This document shows, one piece after another, positions 12,920 through 27,680 of a DNA stretch of 64,000 nt. The notes beneath the pieces were generated by a model, which worked only from the letters and a program-made list of their open reading frames with translations, searched no databases and was not told where the DNA came from. Source of the stretch: Haliotis rufescens (lineage: Eukaryota); contig NW_025964372.1 in NCBI RefSeq assembly GCF_023055435.1, positions 12,214,001 through 12,278,000 of the forward strand. Reading direction: 5' to 3'. How positions within the stretch are numbered: the stretch's first letter is position 1; every line of letters starts with the position of its first letter. The translations under genes and the position numbers were made by a program.

Positions 12920-13914
12920 TCCAATAATTATCTAAAATAAACTCATTACATGAATGAGTCCGATGTCCCGCTGAGTGTAAATGTGCAGTTGCATTTGTTC
13001 AGAGCAATGGGTTTGCCTCACAACTATTAGTATTAGATATGTTGGCAGTTAAGATATTTACGGTTATGATGTAATAGAGATAGTATTCTTAGAATTATAC
13101 ACAGTGCTAACTATTGTTTGATTTCTAGTGTTTCCTGACGTGATATTGCTGGAATGTTGATAAACATGCCAAAAGTGATGTAAAACCATACACATTCCCC
13201 CATCTCCCAGACAGAATTTTTTTTCAATATATCTATGATTAAATCAAATGGAACCATAGCAATGAGAAGAAGTGAGATATAATATCCAGTTATTTAATGA
13301 CCTCGAAGTCTGTATTGTACAACAAATACAGTGTACTGGGGGCCTATTCTTCCCCAAACTTTCCGCAGGGTTAAAGTAATGAACACACATGATATGCATT
13401 GAAGCATTATAACCAATAAAATGACGAGTTTTAGGCAGAACAAAACGGTCCAAAGCTAAGGCAGATCAACAGTGTTATCTATAACAGGACAGTATCATGA
13501 GCTCCCAATTTGGTAACCATGTTTAGCCTATGCAGAAGTATTGTATGTGGCTAATAACTCAACTATTCTTTGTCCAGAATCAGTTTGTGGGACCTTCCCT
13601 CCTCAGTATAAATATACAGTGTTAGTCCTGGGAACTACGTGTATATAGAGCACTTGGCTGTTCTGTCTGATCAATTCTAGATGTGTAGGAAATACCTGGT
13701 ATTTTGTTCTGGAAAGCCACTTGAAGTTGCTTGTGTAGTGCAAGATAAGATTGTCTCGAAGACATCCTTTTGGATTTGTTTGGAGTCACATGAAGCAGAA
13801 TATTGATAGTGAAAAGAAATAAACAGTGTGCTAGTTATATGCACAACAATGAATATTTTATAGAACCTGCTGTTTCAAAATGATAGCTTGATAAATCTGT
13901 GATTGTTGTTTCAG

Positions 13915-14609
13915 GGACCAACCCACAGGAAGTGTTGCTTGGCATCAGTGGTTACATGAAGAATTTTTTTGGCTGTGAAGAATGCTCACATAATTTTCTG
14001 AAGATGGCCTCTACAGTAGAGCAAGAGGTTCATGATGGGTCTGACACTGTGTTGTGGCTGTGGCGGGCACACAACAAGGCCAACAAGCGACTCCATGGAG
14101 ACCTGTCAGAGGACCCCCAGCACCCCAAGCTTCAGTTCCCCTCCAGGACGTCATGTCCCAAGTGTCACAAGGACAACACAGACTGGGATGAGGCCCAGGT
14201 ATTGACTTACCTTGTGAGCTTGTACAGACGGGACAATATTGTGAGTGACAGCAGGCAGACAGCCCTGAAAGATGCAAGGGTCCGAGACAGAGGGGAGCTT
14301 GACTGGTGGGAGAAACATCAGCGTGCTCAAGACCTGGAGAAGATTCACACGCTCAGAAAGCAGAAGAAAGTGGCATTCCAGCAGAAGATGGAGCGACAGA
14401 TCTGGGAGCAGGCTCGTAGGTCAGACAGCCAGGAGAACATCCACCAGGACAGGCAGTATCACACATTGCGGAAAGGCTGGGGGCTCAATGGGGTGGACCT
14501 TGGCATGTGCATGATGTTCTATGTCATGTGTGCCGTAATCATTCTACTCATGTACTATCACTTCACAATACGCCGGAACTGGAAGCCATGTGGCTGTCTA
14601 CCAGTATGA
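13915..14609 (+). CDS. QSOX: QSOX terminal coding exon (ERV/ALR FAD domain + C-terminal transmembrane helix)
   Basis: TTTCAG acceptor in phase 1, consistent with the previous exon; FFGCEEC redox CxxC, LWLWRAHNKANKRL, EDPQHPKLQFP, distal CPKC, hydrophobic LGMCMMFYVMCAVIILLMYYHF, TGA stop. Confidence 0.96.
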
Positions 14610-16499
14610 TGAAGACATCTACTACTACCAGAGCTTCTAGTTGTGTGTTTGTGTCGAAAGTAATGTTTTATACATGAATACATGTGCTGTTTATCTCCTG
14701 GCAGTGGGGTGAGGGTCATGTACATCCGTGTGGGATTGTCCAGGACTGCCTTCACACTACATCGTAGCATGGTGGTATGGGGCTTTCTGGGAAGGCTGTA
14801 AGTTAGTTTCGTTGTTGATGGTTTAAGGTATATGTAACCTCTCTAGTGTGTTGGAGAATGTTTGCTTTCTAATGGGTTTGTGGGGATACTTAATTTGCCC
14901 GTACACCGATTGTTGCATAATGAGTGATAAAGCAGATGTAGGACATGAAAATGACAAATGCTGAAGAGTTTTACATTGTCAGACACTGTTTTATGATGGT
15001 CATAAGTGCAATATTGTTGTCCACTCAAATTGATTTTAGATATTTTTCATTTTGATAACCAAACTGAATTTTTTGTAAAATAGTTGATCTTAATGTAAAT
15101 CGACATAGTATGTATCATAAACAGTCAGCATTATGTACTCATGTTCCCTGGTGACATGTTGTGTGCTGCACACCACACTACTGTCCAGGTAGGTTGTAAA
15201 TAACACTATATGTTGTTACAGTGATGTACACTTGGGTATTTATTGAACATTCCGTCATGATACATCCCACTGATTGTTGACAGTGTATATTATTTACAAG
15301 AGGAAATATTTGTAGCATTTCAATCTGATCTTGTGTGGAAATGCTGGAAGAGTGAAAGAGATAAATCCACCTTCTGAGGAAATCTGTATGCATGTTCTCA
15401 AAGCAAGAATTCCCAATCTCATTAAAATCAGATCTTAGTGCTCGCTACTGCTTAACAAGATCTGAGGACATCCCATAACGGGTCATGTCAGAATGACCTT
15501 TCATCTGACTAATCAGAGTGTTGCTTTCCCGATCGAAAAGTGACAGTTGGAATGTTATTTTAGTAATCAGTAACTTTACAAATGTTAACATGGTGTATTC
15601 CGAATGACAGTTTGGGCTGTACGATGAGATGAATGAAAATTTGAAACAAAAGACTTTCAGCAGCCTGTGGGAAGTACTGCCATACAATATCACCTATATA
15701 TTGGTCATTCCAGAATGTTCTTTTGTTCAATTTTGAAAGTTTGAATCAAGAACTTTGTCAAAATATGTTTCAAGCATGGAAGTCATCATTTTCAAACTGG
15801 TGCCATAAAACTTGAGAAAGCTGCTTTTTCTCATAGGTTGATGTTGAGCTGCCTGTTAGTTGTTTGATTGGTCGGTCAAAGTTCGCAAAAGGTCGCATTG
15901 ACGTGACCTGTAATGCGATGTACTCAGATCTTTGGTTTAGCTGTAGAAAGCACTAAAACCTTATTTTAATGAGATTGACTAATTCCAAAAATGATAATTT
16001 CCTTAAAATGTTTAATGCCAAACTTGTTATCAAACTACTTAAGTTTTTGCATATGTCTTTCTCATGCAGTATGATGAAGATGCTGTGAAATGTACCAATG
16101 GTCAGCCTTTCAGCTTACACATAGCTCACCCTATAGTTTTGGTGATTTGGTCCTTGTTTGAAAGCAGTATATAGGATGATCATGTGCCAGTGTAAGTCTT
16201 GTTGCATGCTAATCATTGTTGATGGTTTCCACAGACAAGGGGAAGCCAAGGGCAGTATCACATTTCCATTTGCTCTCCATAAGAAACTCCCACCCTCATT
16301 CACTGACACATGATATTTGGTCAGGATGGGATGGTGTGTACTGTCTTGTCGCCACCAGACCTTGTAATGCATGTGGCTTTCTCATGAAGACTGCCTCTTT
16401 GTAGCTCTCGCATTGATGACCTTTAGGATGTATCGAGACAATTGTTTTTCTAAATCTATTTCAATTTCCTGCTTGTCAATGTGCACAGGTATAATGACA

Positions 16500-16975
16500 T
16501 ACTGTATATTGCCGTCTATAAAGTGACCCCCGCGCATAAGGCAACATCCCTGTAAAAGCCTTCAAAATCTGTGCTTATTTATATACCCCATCTATAAGGC
16601 ATACTGGAATGAAGCCCATCCCAAGCCAATACACAATCCCTACATTTGCAATAAAAACATGGAAGCAACCTTGCTTGAGGCGAGGCTCATTTTAAGTTTA
16701 TTTGCAGGAAAAATGTAGTAAGAACAAGGAAATCAGATACAATAAGTGTTTATATACAGAAATAGTTCTTGGAACAGTTATTTCAGGTGAAATGCGAAGA
16801 TTTACTGTCAAACAACATCAGTGCCAGGCTGGCTATCAAATGCTGGTGACATCGCCAGTGGAACCTGAAAGTTATACAGCTAGTAAAAAACATGAGATCC
16901 TCTGCCCTGTGTATAGGATGCCTCCTCTTAAAACACTGCTCATTCTAGGTACGAAAAACATGGCGATATACAGTA
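16500..16975. mobile_element. Non-autonomous Tc1/pogo-type MITE
   Basis: Termini TACTGTATATTGCC ... GGCGATATACAGTA (13/14 inverted match including the TA target). Confidence 0.65.
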
Positions 16976-19900
16976 TATTGGAATTATATTTCTAGATGTT
17001 TAATATAAGGATTTGAACTCTGGTAAGGTTATATTTTTAAAATCTGATTTTGACCTTGTAATCTGTGCCCTGTTATAAGACAACACTGACCAGATGCCAG
17101 TGCATGTGACCGTGTGCATTATTACTTGCAGATTCAACGTGTAATTGTTTCAGTTATAGAAATATCTTATTTGTAATAAGATTTCTCAGGAATGTTTTGG
17201 TATTCCACTGATAATTGTCTCTCTTGGTGACAGCCTTGGACAGACATCTCTGACACCATGACATAAGCAGACTTGTAACGTGGCATGAACACCTTGTTAA
17301 ACAGCTGGGTCCAGCAGCATGGTATTGTTCAGGTGACACTGGGAAACCAGAAGTCAACACTGATGTGTATAGGAGGCAGTGCTAAGAGCTAGCCTTGGCT
17401 TCTTTTGTGTAACAGGATTTTAGCAGTCATGATGTTGGCATGCACAGAGCCTAAATATTAAACTGCTAAGTTTATTCTAATAATAGGAAAGTGCTTAATT
17501 TTACTCTTAAACTAATTTCTTAAGTTTATAATTTCAATTGTATTTCACTAATTCGATAAAGTTGTATACTGAATGCTTTTGAGGAGATTATTTTCCTAAT
17601 TACAGCAAAATATGATTACCAATGTAATATGCATATATTAAAGAGATATGATATGATATTCTACATTGGGGTTGTGTTGATAAGTACGATCATATGTCTG
17701 TTGAGCATGTCTCTGGATATCAGTTAGTGGTTGTTTTATATAGTGTACATTTGGAAATAGTATTATTTATGCCATGTGTAGTTGCCCATTTCTTTGGGTA
17801 CATATGTACCTATGTATCTAGTGAGCCTCAGCCCAGCCCTTCCTCCCTGAACCCTCGTCCAGGACACTACATGGTCATCAATTGGGTTGGCTTTGATGCA
17901 GGATTCCACCTGGCACTGTTTACCACCATACAAAACAAGGACCATGTACCAACAACTGAAGTCTTTCACAATCATCACAACTGTTCATTGTCCAATCATC
18001 ACCTGGTTTATGAAATCTTGAGAACAATTGAAGGTGTTGACTGAGCTAAGTTTGTCTAGTTGGACTCTAGCTTGCACCTCTAGCAGGAAGAGAGTGTACC
18101 AAGTGGTTGAAAATGGACCTGATAATAAAAGTGGAACTTATGTCCACAACGACAGAAAAAAAAATATGACTGCTGTTGGTCTTCCTCTGTCATGTTCGTC
18201 CCACAGCAACATCATTTCACTATCTAAGCCATCCATTTACATCGGTTGCAATTGACAGTTAGGGTATCATGTAGGGCAACTAACTTTCATTTAAATCCTA
18301 TATTTTGCTGCACTGGATTTTGGATAACCACACACTGAAAGGATAATACGATATCATTTGACCTATTTGACCCTAGACTACCTATGTGAGGGTGTTTTCT
18401 TATGTTTAGGACATATATGTCATCTCTGAATGTAAGAAAGCAGACAATTAGGTGGAACAGCCTCTCATTTAGCCCTGTTTGTGGATTTTCAATTTGCAGC
18501 AATGCATCTCCAATCTCCAATAAAACAGGTTTGTCTTACATTCGACAATTTAGAAAAGTAATACAGTTTGTTCTACCACCATGTGTACTGTAGTAAAGTA
18601 TGGTTTTGCCTGAACGATCATGACTTCAAGGTGCTCTATCCTTTCTTATATTAACATAGGGGTAGAGCAAACTGTTTCTTAAATGCATCTTTGCCAAATA
18701 CAATGGTCATGTGACTTTATAATGATGCCTTCTGGCACGCCTAGGGATTGATCTTATTACATTACTTTACGCCTTAATTTGGCTTAAATTGAGCTTGTTA
18801 TGTGGTTAGCACCATTTACACAGAATTTACTCAAAAAGTATATATTGGTCTTGTCTCTTTACAATGCGGCCAGTGTTTTTACTCCAAACAATATGTCCCA
18901 ATCTGGCCCAATATTTTCACCTATGTTTTATCTCAATCTGTTATTTATATCTATTGATGTGAAGTCTTTGTGTACTTTTTCAACACATTTTTATTAAATA
19001 TTTTCTTCTGTTTTCATTGCAGATATTTGGCTACTTGGCTTGTTTTTTATACAGTGATGCAAGAAGTGAGCTTATGCTTGATGAAAAATAAGGGCAAACT
19101 CACGTTTCATTTGATAGTGTAAAGGTGACAATTTGTTGATTGTGTGAAAGTATATCATGTATCGATTTGTGTGATGTATGTTTACCCTTTTACCAACAGT
19201 GATTTTATTAGGTATCAGAAGTCGACACTTGTCTATTGTGTCAGTATCTCGCAACTCTACAGATCGAGATTCAACAGTGGACATGACTATGTAAACTTGA
19301 AGTCAATACCAGCTTTCACAGGAAATAGGAAGTTAATACAGCTTCATTGAATATTTGGAAGTTTTGTTGTTTTTGTAACAAGCCTCATTTCTACTCTTCA
19401 GTTCACTTAAACCAAAGTTTCATTTTTTTAATTTGAGATCCGATATGTGTGTGGATGTGCAATCAAAAGTATATTTTTATAGTTTGTTGACGATCAGAGC
19501 CAATAGCTAAAAGTCTAATTGAGCAGCATGTTGTCCATCGTTATAAGAGTTACACTATATTTCAGGGCATTATCATTTGCAGAAGCCCTAGGTCTTCCAT
19601 TAACTGCCAGATGAAGGAGGGCAGTTGAAAAGACCAAGAGCTTCTGCAATTGAAAATCCCCTGAAAAATAGTGTTACCGTTATTATAGCTAAAATGAATG
19701 GAATTTGTTTTCAAATAAGAAGAAACAGCAATGTTGGTTTTGAAACATTTACTGCAATCAACACTAAAGTCACTGACCCACTTTTTCAAATATGGAAACG
19801 TTATAGAACAAACCCGATGACATCACTATTAAACATGATGTCACTATCCCTACCCTATGACGTCACCTAACAAAGGGCGTGATAATGGCCCGTCGTCAAG

Positions 19901-20728
19901 GAGATATTTTCACGAATGGCGTATTTCATTACAGATGTAGAACCTTGAAACGTAAATTCTCCCTACCTAACACACAGACGGTTCATCACCCCTTGTATTT
20001 GCGACTTAAAAAGTAGTTTCATGTTTGCAAAATCTTAAAAAATATAAACAAAAGAATAAAAAAATATTTAGGGTCACAAAAATTCTTTATCATACATTCA
20101 GATATGATTATAAACAAAATCAACTTTAACAAAAAATATTTTTGAAAACTAGGAGACCGCTGTTGGAAGCGAAAGAATACATGCTGGTTAAGTAACAAAA
20201 ATGGCGCTTTGCGAAACGAACAGTCTCAATTGACGAGATGAATGAGAAATTTACAGTTTCTAAGGAAACATTTTCGAGAGATTAACCAATGGCAAGAAGT
20301 GATATTAACTTCATAAACGACCATCTGTCATTATTTTGCCTTGTCATTGTGGATCTAGCGTAAAAAGAATGTCAACAGTTTGTGTACAGGCTAGTCACTT
20401 ATGACATAGGGAGCAAAATGAAATGATGGAGCTGACATTTTAGTAGATGATAATGATAATAAGTTGGGGTTTATTTTCACCTCCATCTGCATTCAACTGT
20501 GGACATTGTTGATGAAACAATGACTGCATGCCACTGACTGCTGAAAGTTGGTTCGTACAACAGATTTTCCCTCATTATCATACTTGATTTGTAAGCTCAA
20601 TACAATGCTCGTGGGTTTCATCATATAACAAGGGCTAGTTATCTGCATCACTTCCCAGTTTCCCCCCTCTGAAATACTGTTCAGTGTGGCATTAAACAAA
20701 AATCACTCTCAGTCACATTGGGGTTGGG

Positions 20729-23700
20729 GCTGCTCCTGCCTTACACACTGGTGGAGGATCTGCTGACACTGATGTAAGGCCTGCTCCTGTGTGACACACT
20801 GGGGTAAGGCCTGCTCCTGTGTGACACACTGATGTAAGGCCTGCTCCTGTGTGACACGCTGGTGTAAGGCCTGCTCCTGTCTGACACACCTGTGTAAGGC
20901 CTGCTCCTGTGTGACACACTGGGGTAAGGCCTGCTCCTGTGTGACACACTGGTGGAGGATCTGCTGACACTGATGTAAGGCCTGCTCCTGTGTGACACAC
21001 TGGGGTAAGGCCTGCTCCTGTGTGACACACTGATGTAAGGCCTGCTCCTGTCTGACACACTGGTGGAGGATCTGCTGACACTGATGTAAGGCCTGCTCCT
21101 GTGTGACACACTGGGGTAAGGCCTGCTCCTGTGTGACACACTGATGTAAGGCCTGCTCCTGTCTGACACACTGGTGGAGGATCTGCTGACACTGATGTAA
21201 GGCCTGCTCCTGTGTGACACACTGGTGTAAGGCCTGCTCCTGTGTGACACACTGGTGTAAGGCCTGCTCCTGTCTGACCCACTTGTGTAAGGCCTGCTCC
21301 TGTGTGACACGCTGGTGTAAGGCCTGCTCCTGTCTGACACACCTGTGTAAGGCCTGCTCCTGTCTGACACACTGGTGGAGGATCTGCTGACACTGATGTA
21401 AGGCCTGCTCCTGTGTGACACACTGGGGTAAGGCCTGCTCCTGTCTGACACACTGGTGGAGGATCTGCTGACACTGATGTAAGGCCTGCTCCTGTCTGAC
21501 ACACTGGTGGAGGATCTGCTGACACTGATGTAAGGCCTGCTCCTGTCTGACACACTGGGGTAAGGCCTGCTCCTGTGTGACACACTGGTGTAAGGCCTGC
21601 TCCTGTGTGACACACTGGTGTAAGGCCTGCTCCTGTGTGACACACTGGTGTAAGGCCTGCTCCTGTGTGACACGCTGGTGTAAGGTCTGCTCCTGTGTGA
21701 CACACCTGTGTAAGGCCTGCTCCTGTGTGACACACTGGTGTAAGGCCTGCTCCTGTCTTATACACCTCTGTAAGGCCTGCTCCTATCTGACACACTGGTG
21801 GAGGTTCTGCTGACACTGGTGTAAGGCCTGCTCATGTCAGACACACTGTCGGAGAATCTGCTGACACTGGTGTAAGGTCTGCTCCTGTCTGACACACCTG
21901 TGTAAGGCCTGCTCCTGTCAGACACACTGGTGGAGGATCTGCTGACACTGGTGTAAGGCCTGCTCCTGTTAGACACACTGGTGTAAGGCATGCTCCTATC
22001 TGACACACCTGTGTAAGGCCTGCTCCTGTCTGACACACTGGTGGAGAATCTGCTGACACTGGTGTAAGGCCTGCTCCTGTCTTACACACCTGTGTAAGGC
22101 CTGCTCCTATCTGACACACTGGTGGAGGATCTGCTGACACTGGTGTAAGGTCTGCTCCTGTCTGACACACCTGTGTAAGGCCTGGTCCTGTCTGACACAC
22201 TGGTGTAAGGCCTGCTTCTGTCAGACACACTGGTGTTAGGCCTGCACCTGTCTGACACACTGGTGTAAGGCCTGCTCCTGTCAGACACACTTGTGTAAGG
22301 CCTGCTCCTGTGTGACACACTGGTGTAAGGCCTGCTCCTGTCTGTCACACTGGTGTAAGGTCTGCTCCTGTCTGACACACCTGTGTAAGACCTGCTCCTG
22401 TCTGACACACTGGTGGGGGATCTGCTGACACTGGTGTAAGGCCTGCTCCTGTCAGACACACTGGTGTAAGGCCTGCTCCTGTGTGACACACTGGTGTAAG
22501 GCCTGCTCCTGTCTGACACACCTGTGTAAGGCCTGCTACTGTCTGACATATTTGTGGAGGATCTGCTGACACTGGTGTAAGGCCTGCTCCTGTCAGACAC
22601 ACTGTCGGAGGATCTGCAGACACTGGTGTAAGGCCTGCTCATGTCAGACACACTGTCGGAGAATCTGCTGACACTGGTGTAAGGCCTGCTCCTGTCTGAC
22701 ACACCTGTGTAAGGCCTGCTCCTGTCTGACACACTGGTGGAGGATCTGCTGACACTGGTGTAAGGCCTGCTCCTGTCAGACACACTGTCGGAGGATCTGC
22801 AGACACTGGTGTAAGGCCTGCTCATGTCAGACACACTGTCGGAGAATCTGCTGACACTGGTGTAAGGCCTGCTCCTGTCTGACACACCTGTGTAAGGCCT
22901 GCTCCTATCTGACACACTTGTGGAGGATCTGCTGACACTGGTGTAAGGCCTGCTCATGTCAGACACACTGTCGGAGAATCTGCTGACACTGGTGTAAGGC
23001 CTGCTCCTGTCTGACACACTGGTGGAGGATCTGCTGACACTGGTGTAAGGCCTGCTCCTGTTAGACACACTGGTGTAAGGCATGCTCCTATCTGACACAC
23101 CTGTGTAAGGCCTGCTCCTGTCTGACACACTGGTGGAGAATCTGCTGACACTGGTGTAAGGCCTGCTCCTGTTAGACACACTGGTGTAAGGCATGCTCCT
23201 ATCTGACACACCTGTGTAAGGCCTGCTCCTATCTGACATACTGGTGGAGGATCTGCTGACACTGGTGTAAGGTCTGCTCCTGTCTGACACACCTGTGTAA
23301 GGCCTGGTCCTGTCTGACACACTGGTGTAAGGCCTGCTTCTGTCAGACACACTGGAGTAAGGCCTGCACCTGTCTGACACACTGGTGTAAGGCCTGCTCC
23401 TGTCAGACACACTTGTGTAAGGCCTGCTCCTGTGTGACACACTGGTGTAAGGCCTGCTCCTGTCTGTCACACTGGTGTAAGGTCTGCTCCTGTCTGACAC
23501 ACCTGTGTAAGACCTGCTCCTGTCTGACACACTGGTGGGGGATCTGCTGACACTGGTGTAAGGCCTGCTCCTGTCAGACACACTGGTGTAAGGCCTGCTC
23601 CTGTGTGACACACTGGTGTAAGGCCAGCTCCTGTCTGACACACTGGTGTAAGGCCTGCTACTGTCTGACATATTTGTGTAAGGCCTGCTCCTGTCTGACA

Positions 23701-25870
23701 CACTTGTGGAGGATCTGCTGACACTGGTGTAAGGCCTGCTCCTGTCAGAGACACTGTCGGAGGATCTGCAGACACTGGTGTAAGGCCTGCTCATGTCAGA
23801 CACACTGTCGGAGAATCTGCTGACACTGGTGTAAGGCCTGCTCCTGTCTGACACACCTGTGTAAGGCCTGCTCCTATCTGACACACTTGTGGAGGATCTG
23901 CTGACACTGGTGTAAGGCCTGCTCATGTCAGACACATTGTCGGAGAATCTGCTGACACTGGTGTAAGGCCTGCTCCTGTCTGACACACCTGTGTAAGGCC
24001 TGCTCCTGTCTGACACACTGGTGGAGGATCTGCTGACACTGGTGTAAGGCCTGCTCCTGTCTTACACACTTGTGTAAGGCCTGCTCCTGGCAGACACACC
24101 TGTGTAAGGCCTGCTCCTGTGTGACACACTGGTGTAAGGCCTACTCCTGTCTTACACACCTGTGTAAGGTCTGCTCCTGTCTGACACGCCTGTGTAAGGC
24201 CTGCTCCTGTCTGACACACTGGTGGAGGATCTGCTGACACTGGTGTAAGGCCTAATCCTGTCAGACACACTGGTGTAAGGCCTGCTGTGTGACACATTGG
24301 TGTAAGGCCTGCTCCTGTCTTACACACTCTGGTGTAAGGCCTGCTCCTATCAGACAAACTGGTGTAAGGCCCGCTCCTGTGTGACACATTTGTGTAAGGC
24401 CTGCTCCTGTCTGACACACTTGTGGAGGATCTGCTGACACTGGTGTAAGGTCTGCTCCTGTGTGACACACTGGTGTAAGGCCTTCTCATGTCAGACACAC
24501 TGTCGGAGGATCAGCTGACACTGGTGTAAGGCCTGCTCCTGTCTGACACACTGGTGTAAGGCCTGTTCCTGTCTGAAACACTGGTGGAGGATCTGCTGAC
24601 ACTGGTGTAAGGCCTGCTTCTGTCAGACACACTGGTGTAAGGCCTGCTCCTATCTGACACACTGGTGGAGGATCTGCTGACACTGGTGTAAGGCCTGCTC
24701 CTGTTAGACACACTGGTGTAAGGCCTGCTGTGTGACACATTGGTGTAAGGCCTGCTCCTGTCTTACACACTCTGGTGTAAGGCCTGCTCCTATCAGACAA
24801 ACTGGTGTAAGGCCTGCTCCTGTGTGACACACTGGTGTAAGGCCTGCACCTGTCTGACACACTGGTGTAAGGCCTGCTCCTGTCAGACACACTGGTGTAA
24901 GGCCTGCTTCTGTGTGACACACTGGTGTAAGGCCTGCTCCTGTGTGACACACTGGTGTAAGGCCTGCTCCTGTGTGACACACTGGTGTAAGACCTGCTCC
25001 TGTCTGACACACTGGTGTAAGACCTGCTCCTGTCTGAAACACTGGTGGAGGATCTGCTGACACTGGTGTAAGGCCTGCTTCTGACAGACACACTGGTGTA
25101 AGGCCTGCTCCTATCTGACACACCTGTGTAAGGCCTGCTCCTATCTGACACACCTGTGTAAGGCCTGCTCCTGTCTGACACACTGGTGGAGAATCTGCTG
25201 ACACTGGTGTAAGGCCTGCTCCTGTCTTACACACCTGTGTAAGGCCTGCTCCTATCTGACACACTGGTGGAGGATCTGCTGACATTGGTGTAAGGCCTGC
25301 TCCTGTCTGACACGCTGGTGTAAGGCCTGCTCCTGTCTTACACACTCTGGTGTAAGGCCTGCTCCTGTCAGACACACTTGTGTAAGGCCTGCTCCTATCA
25401 GACACGCTGGTGTAAGGCCTGCTCCTGTCTTACACACTCTGGGGTAAGGCCTGCTCCTATCAGACACACTGGTGTAAGGCCTGCTCCGGCAGACACACTG
25501 GTGTAAGGCCTGCTCCTGTCTGACACGCTGGTGTAAGGCCTGCTCCTGTCTGACACACTGGTGTAAGGCCTGCTCCTGTGTGATACACTGGTGTAAGGCC
25601 TGCTCCTGTCTGACACACTGGTGGAGGATCTGCTGACACTGGTTTAAGGCCTGCTCCTGTCTGACATACTGGTGTAGGCCTGCTCTTATCTGACACACCT
25701 GTGTAAGGCCTGCTCCTGTCCGACACACTGGTGGAGGATCTGCTGACACTGGTGTAAGGCCTGCTCCTGTGTGACACACTGGTGTAAGGCCTGCTCCTGT
25801 CTGACACACGTGTAAGGCCTGCTCCTGTCTGACACACTGGTGTAAGGTCTGCTCCTGTCTGACACACAGG
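20729..25870. repeat. 30-bp minisatellite (GGTGTAAGGCCTGCTCCTGTCTGACACACT) with interspersed 21-bp units
   Basis: About 5.1-kb tandem array; 21-bp GGTGGAGGATCTGCTGACACT variant; higher-order blocks. Confidence 0.95.
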
Positions 25871-27229
25871 TATTAACATCTGCTTTTGTCCGTTGTATTG
25901 TATATCACCTGATATTTTGATTAGATACCCTGTCCTTATATATTCCTTATATGATTTCTGAGGTTACGAAAGAACTCATGTAAACCCAATGAGTGTAACA
26001 TCATATGATCAGCCTTTATATGTATACTGACGGCACAGCTTTTATGATATGATATTGTAGTTCTGTGTGAGTCTTTGACTTACTCTAAGTCATGTTCTGT
26101 GTTATGAATGCCTGTAAGTATGCCTGTCGATGTCATTATATACTTAAGGTGACTGTTAAAAGCACTTGTTGTAGCATGTCACTTTGTTGTGAATAAATGA
26201 CACTATTTTATCAAAGCTATTGCTGTTACATTTCAACTCAACAGAACTAAATGTTCTTTTGTGCTGATGTCTTGGGACTCCAATTCTATTCATAGCTTCA
26301 TACTATTCATCTCTGTATCCACAAGGCAGGTATAGATGAAGACGTTGCATGTCTGACACACAAGCAACAGTGTAAGGCTCATTTGGCCATTCATCGGCCA
26401 TTTCTCTATCGTGGATATTTTATGTTGGTGTGTAATAAGATAAGAAATATTTTGCTGAGTAGTATGGAGTAGTATGAACTTTCCTGGACGAATAGAAAAA
26501 AGTACCACATGGCTTTGGTCATAATAGGCCCACCAACGAGAGTAGGTTATTTCAGGTCATGATTAATGTGCTCAAGTTGATCCAATATGAATTGCATGCA
26601 TGTCCCGGGACATGGAAGGGAATACACAACTTCCCCTTATCTATAAAAATAATTCTCACTGTATTTTATTTTATTAGATGGTTGCAATCTGCCTGCAACG
26701 TTGTGTTAGCGTACGCCTCCCCCAATGTCTCTAAGTTCGTAACCCTGATACAGTTACCGTTGAACTACATATTCGGCGTTCCCAAATAGGTAGCGGCACA
26801 CGACAGGTAGATTAGATGAGGTCAAGTCGAAAAGAGCCTTGAATTGCCCTCACGTCGCTCATATATAGGTACTACCAGCCTCTTAGGAACTATCTCTTCA
26901 GGAAATGTCTAGAATAATCAAGGCATGCCATACGAATGTGGCGAACTGAGGTAGATAATTCTAATTCTGGTGCAAAGTCCTTCTGGAACCTCCACCCGTT
27001 GCTGTTGACTGCTGTTCAGATCTGGCCACGACACCACTTCACTTCTCTTTTACTAGCAACTCAATCAATGAAGGCAGTGACAACTTCTAAAAATAATATA
27101 AATAAACACCTCCTCAAAATAAAAGTGTAATTGCGAGTTCATTTCCAAATCGTACACTGTGTTGGCACATCACCTGCCTGTAGAATGGTAGTCACCTTAA
27201 CGGCCCAACCTTGTAGGTGTGTTTATGGA

Positions 27230-27680
27230 AGCCATATGCACACCTAATTATAAGGGGTCTCTTTAAAGAAATTCCTGTTTGATGACAAATTGCATGCGTC
27301 TTTAGTGCTATTAATTTGAATCAAAGTTCCACCAATTTGGTATTTGGAAAGATTTGTAACTGAAATACCTAATCGTACTCCAGAAAATTAAAGATGACAA
27401 ATCATTGGCATGCACCAAACTGGCTTGTCATGTGAGTCTATTGTCACCGTGTTGAATATTAATCATACTATAATCAGTAGATTCATTAGAAAACACACAT
27501 TGACTGGACATGTGAGGGACTTGCCGAGATCAGGGCGTCCATGGAAGACCAGTGCCAGAGAGGACAGGGTCCGCCAGGCAAAAACGGCGGCCAACTTCAG
27601 CTTGCGCTGTTCTTCGTCATCACTGCCGTACCCACAACAGAGTGTCCCTTAGCACCACCACATTAACGAAATAGATTGTC
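27230..27680 (+). mobile_element. Tc1-family transposase 5' fragment
   Basis: HTH region ...TIISRFIRKHTLTGHVRDLPRSGRPWKTSAREDR (GRP.KT motif); frameshifted and truncated. Confidence 0.8.

Noticed and set aside
18287-18520. FRDDIYVL as a reverse transcriptase motif
   Set aside because: No other RT motifs recognisable nearby; too weak to call.
20713-25879. Long repeat ORFs as annotated CDS
   Set aside because: Two frames are open at once, indels break the frames, and there is no unique N- or C-terminal exon; kept only as a low-interest finding.
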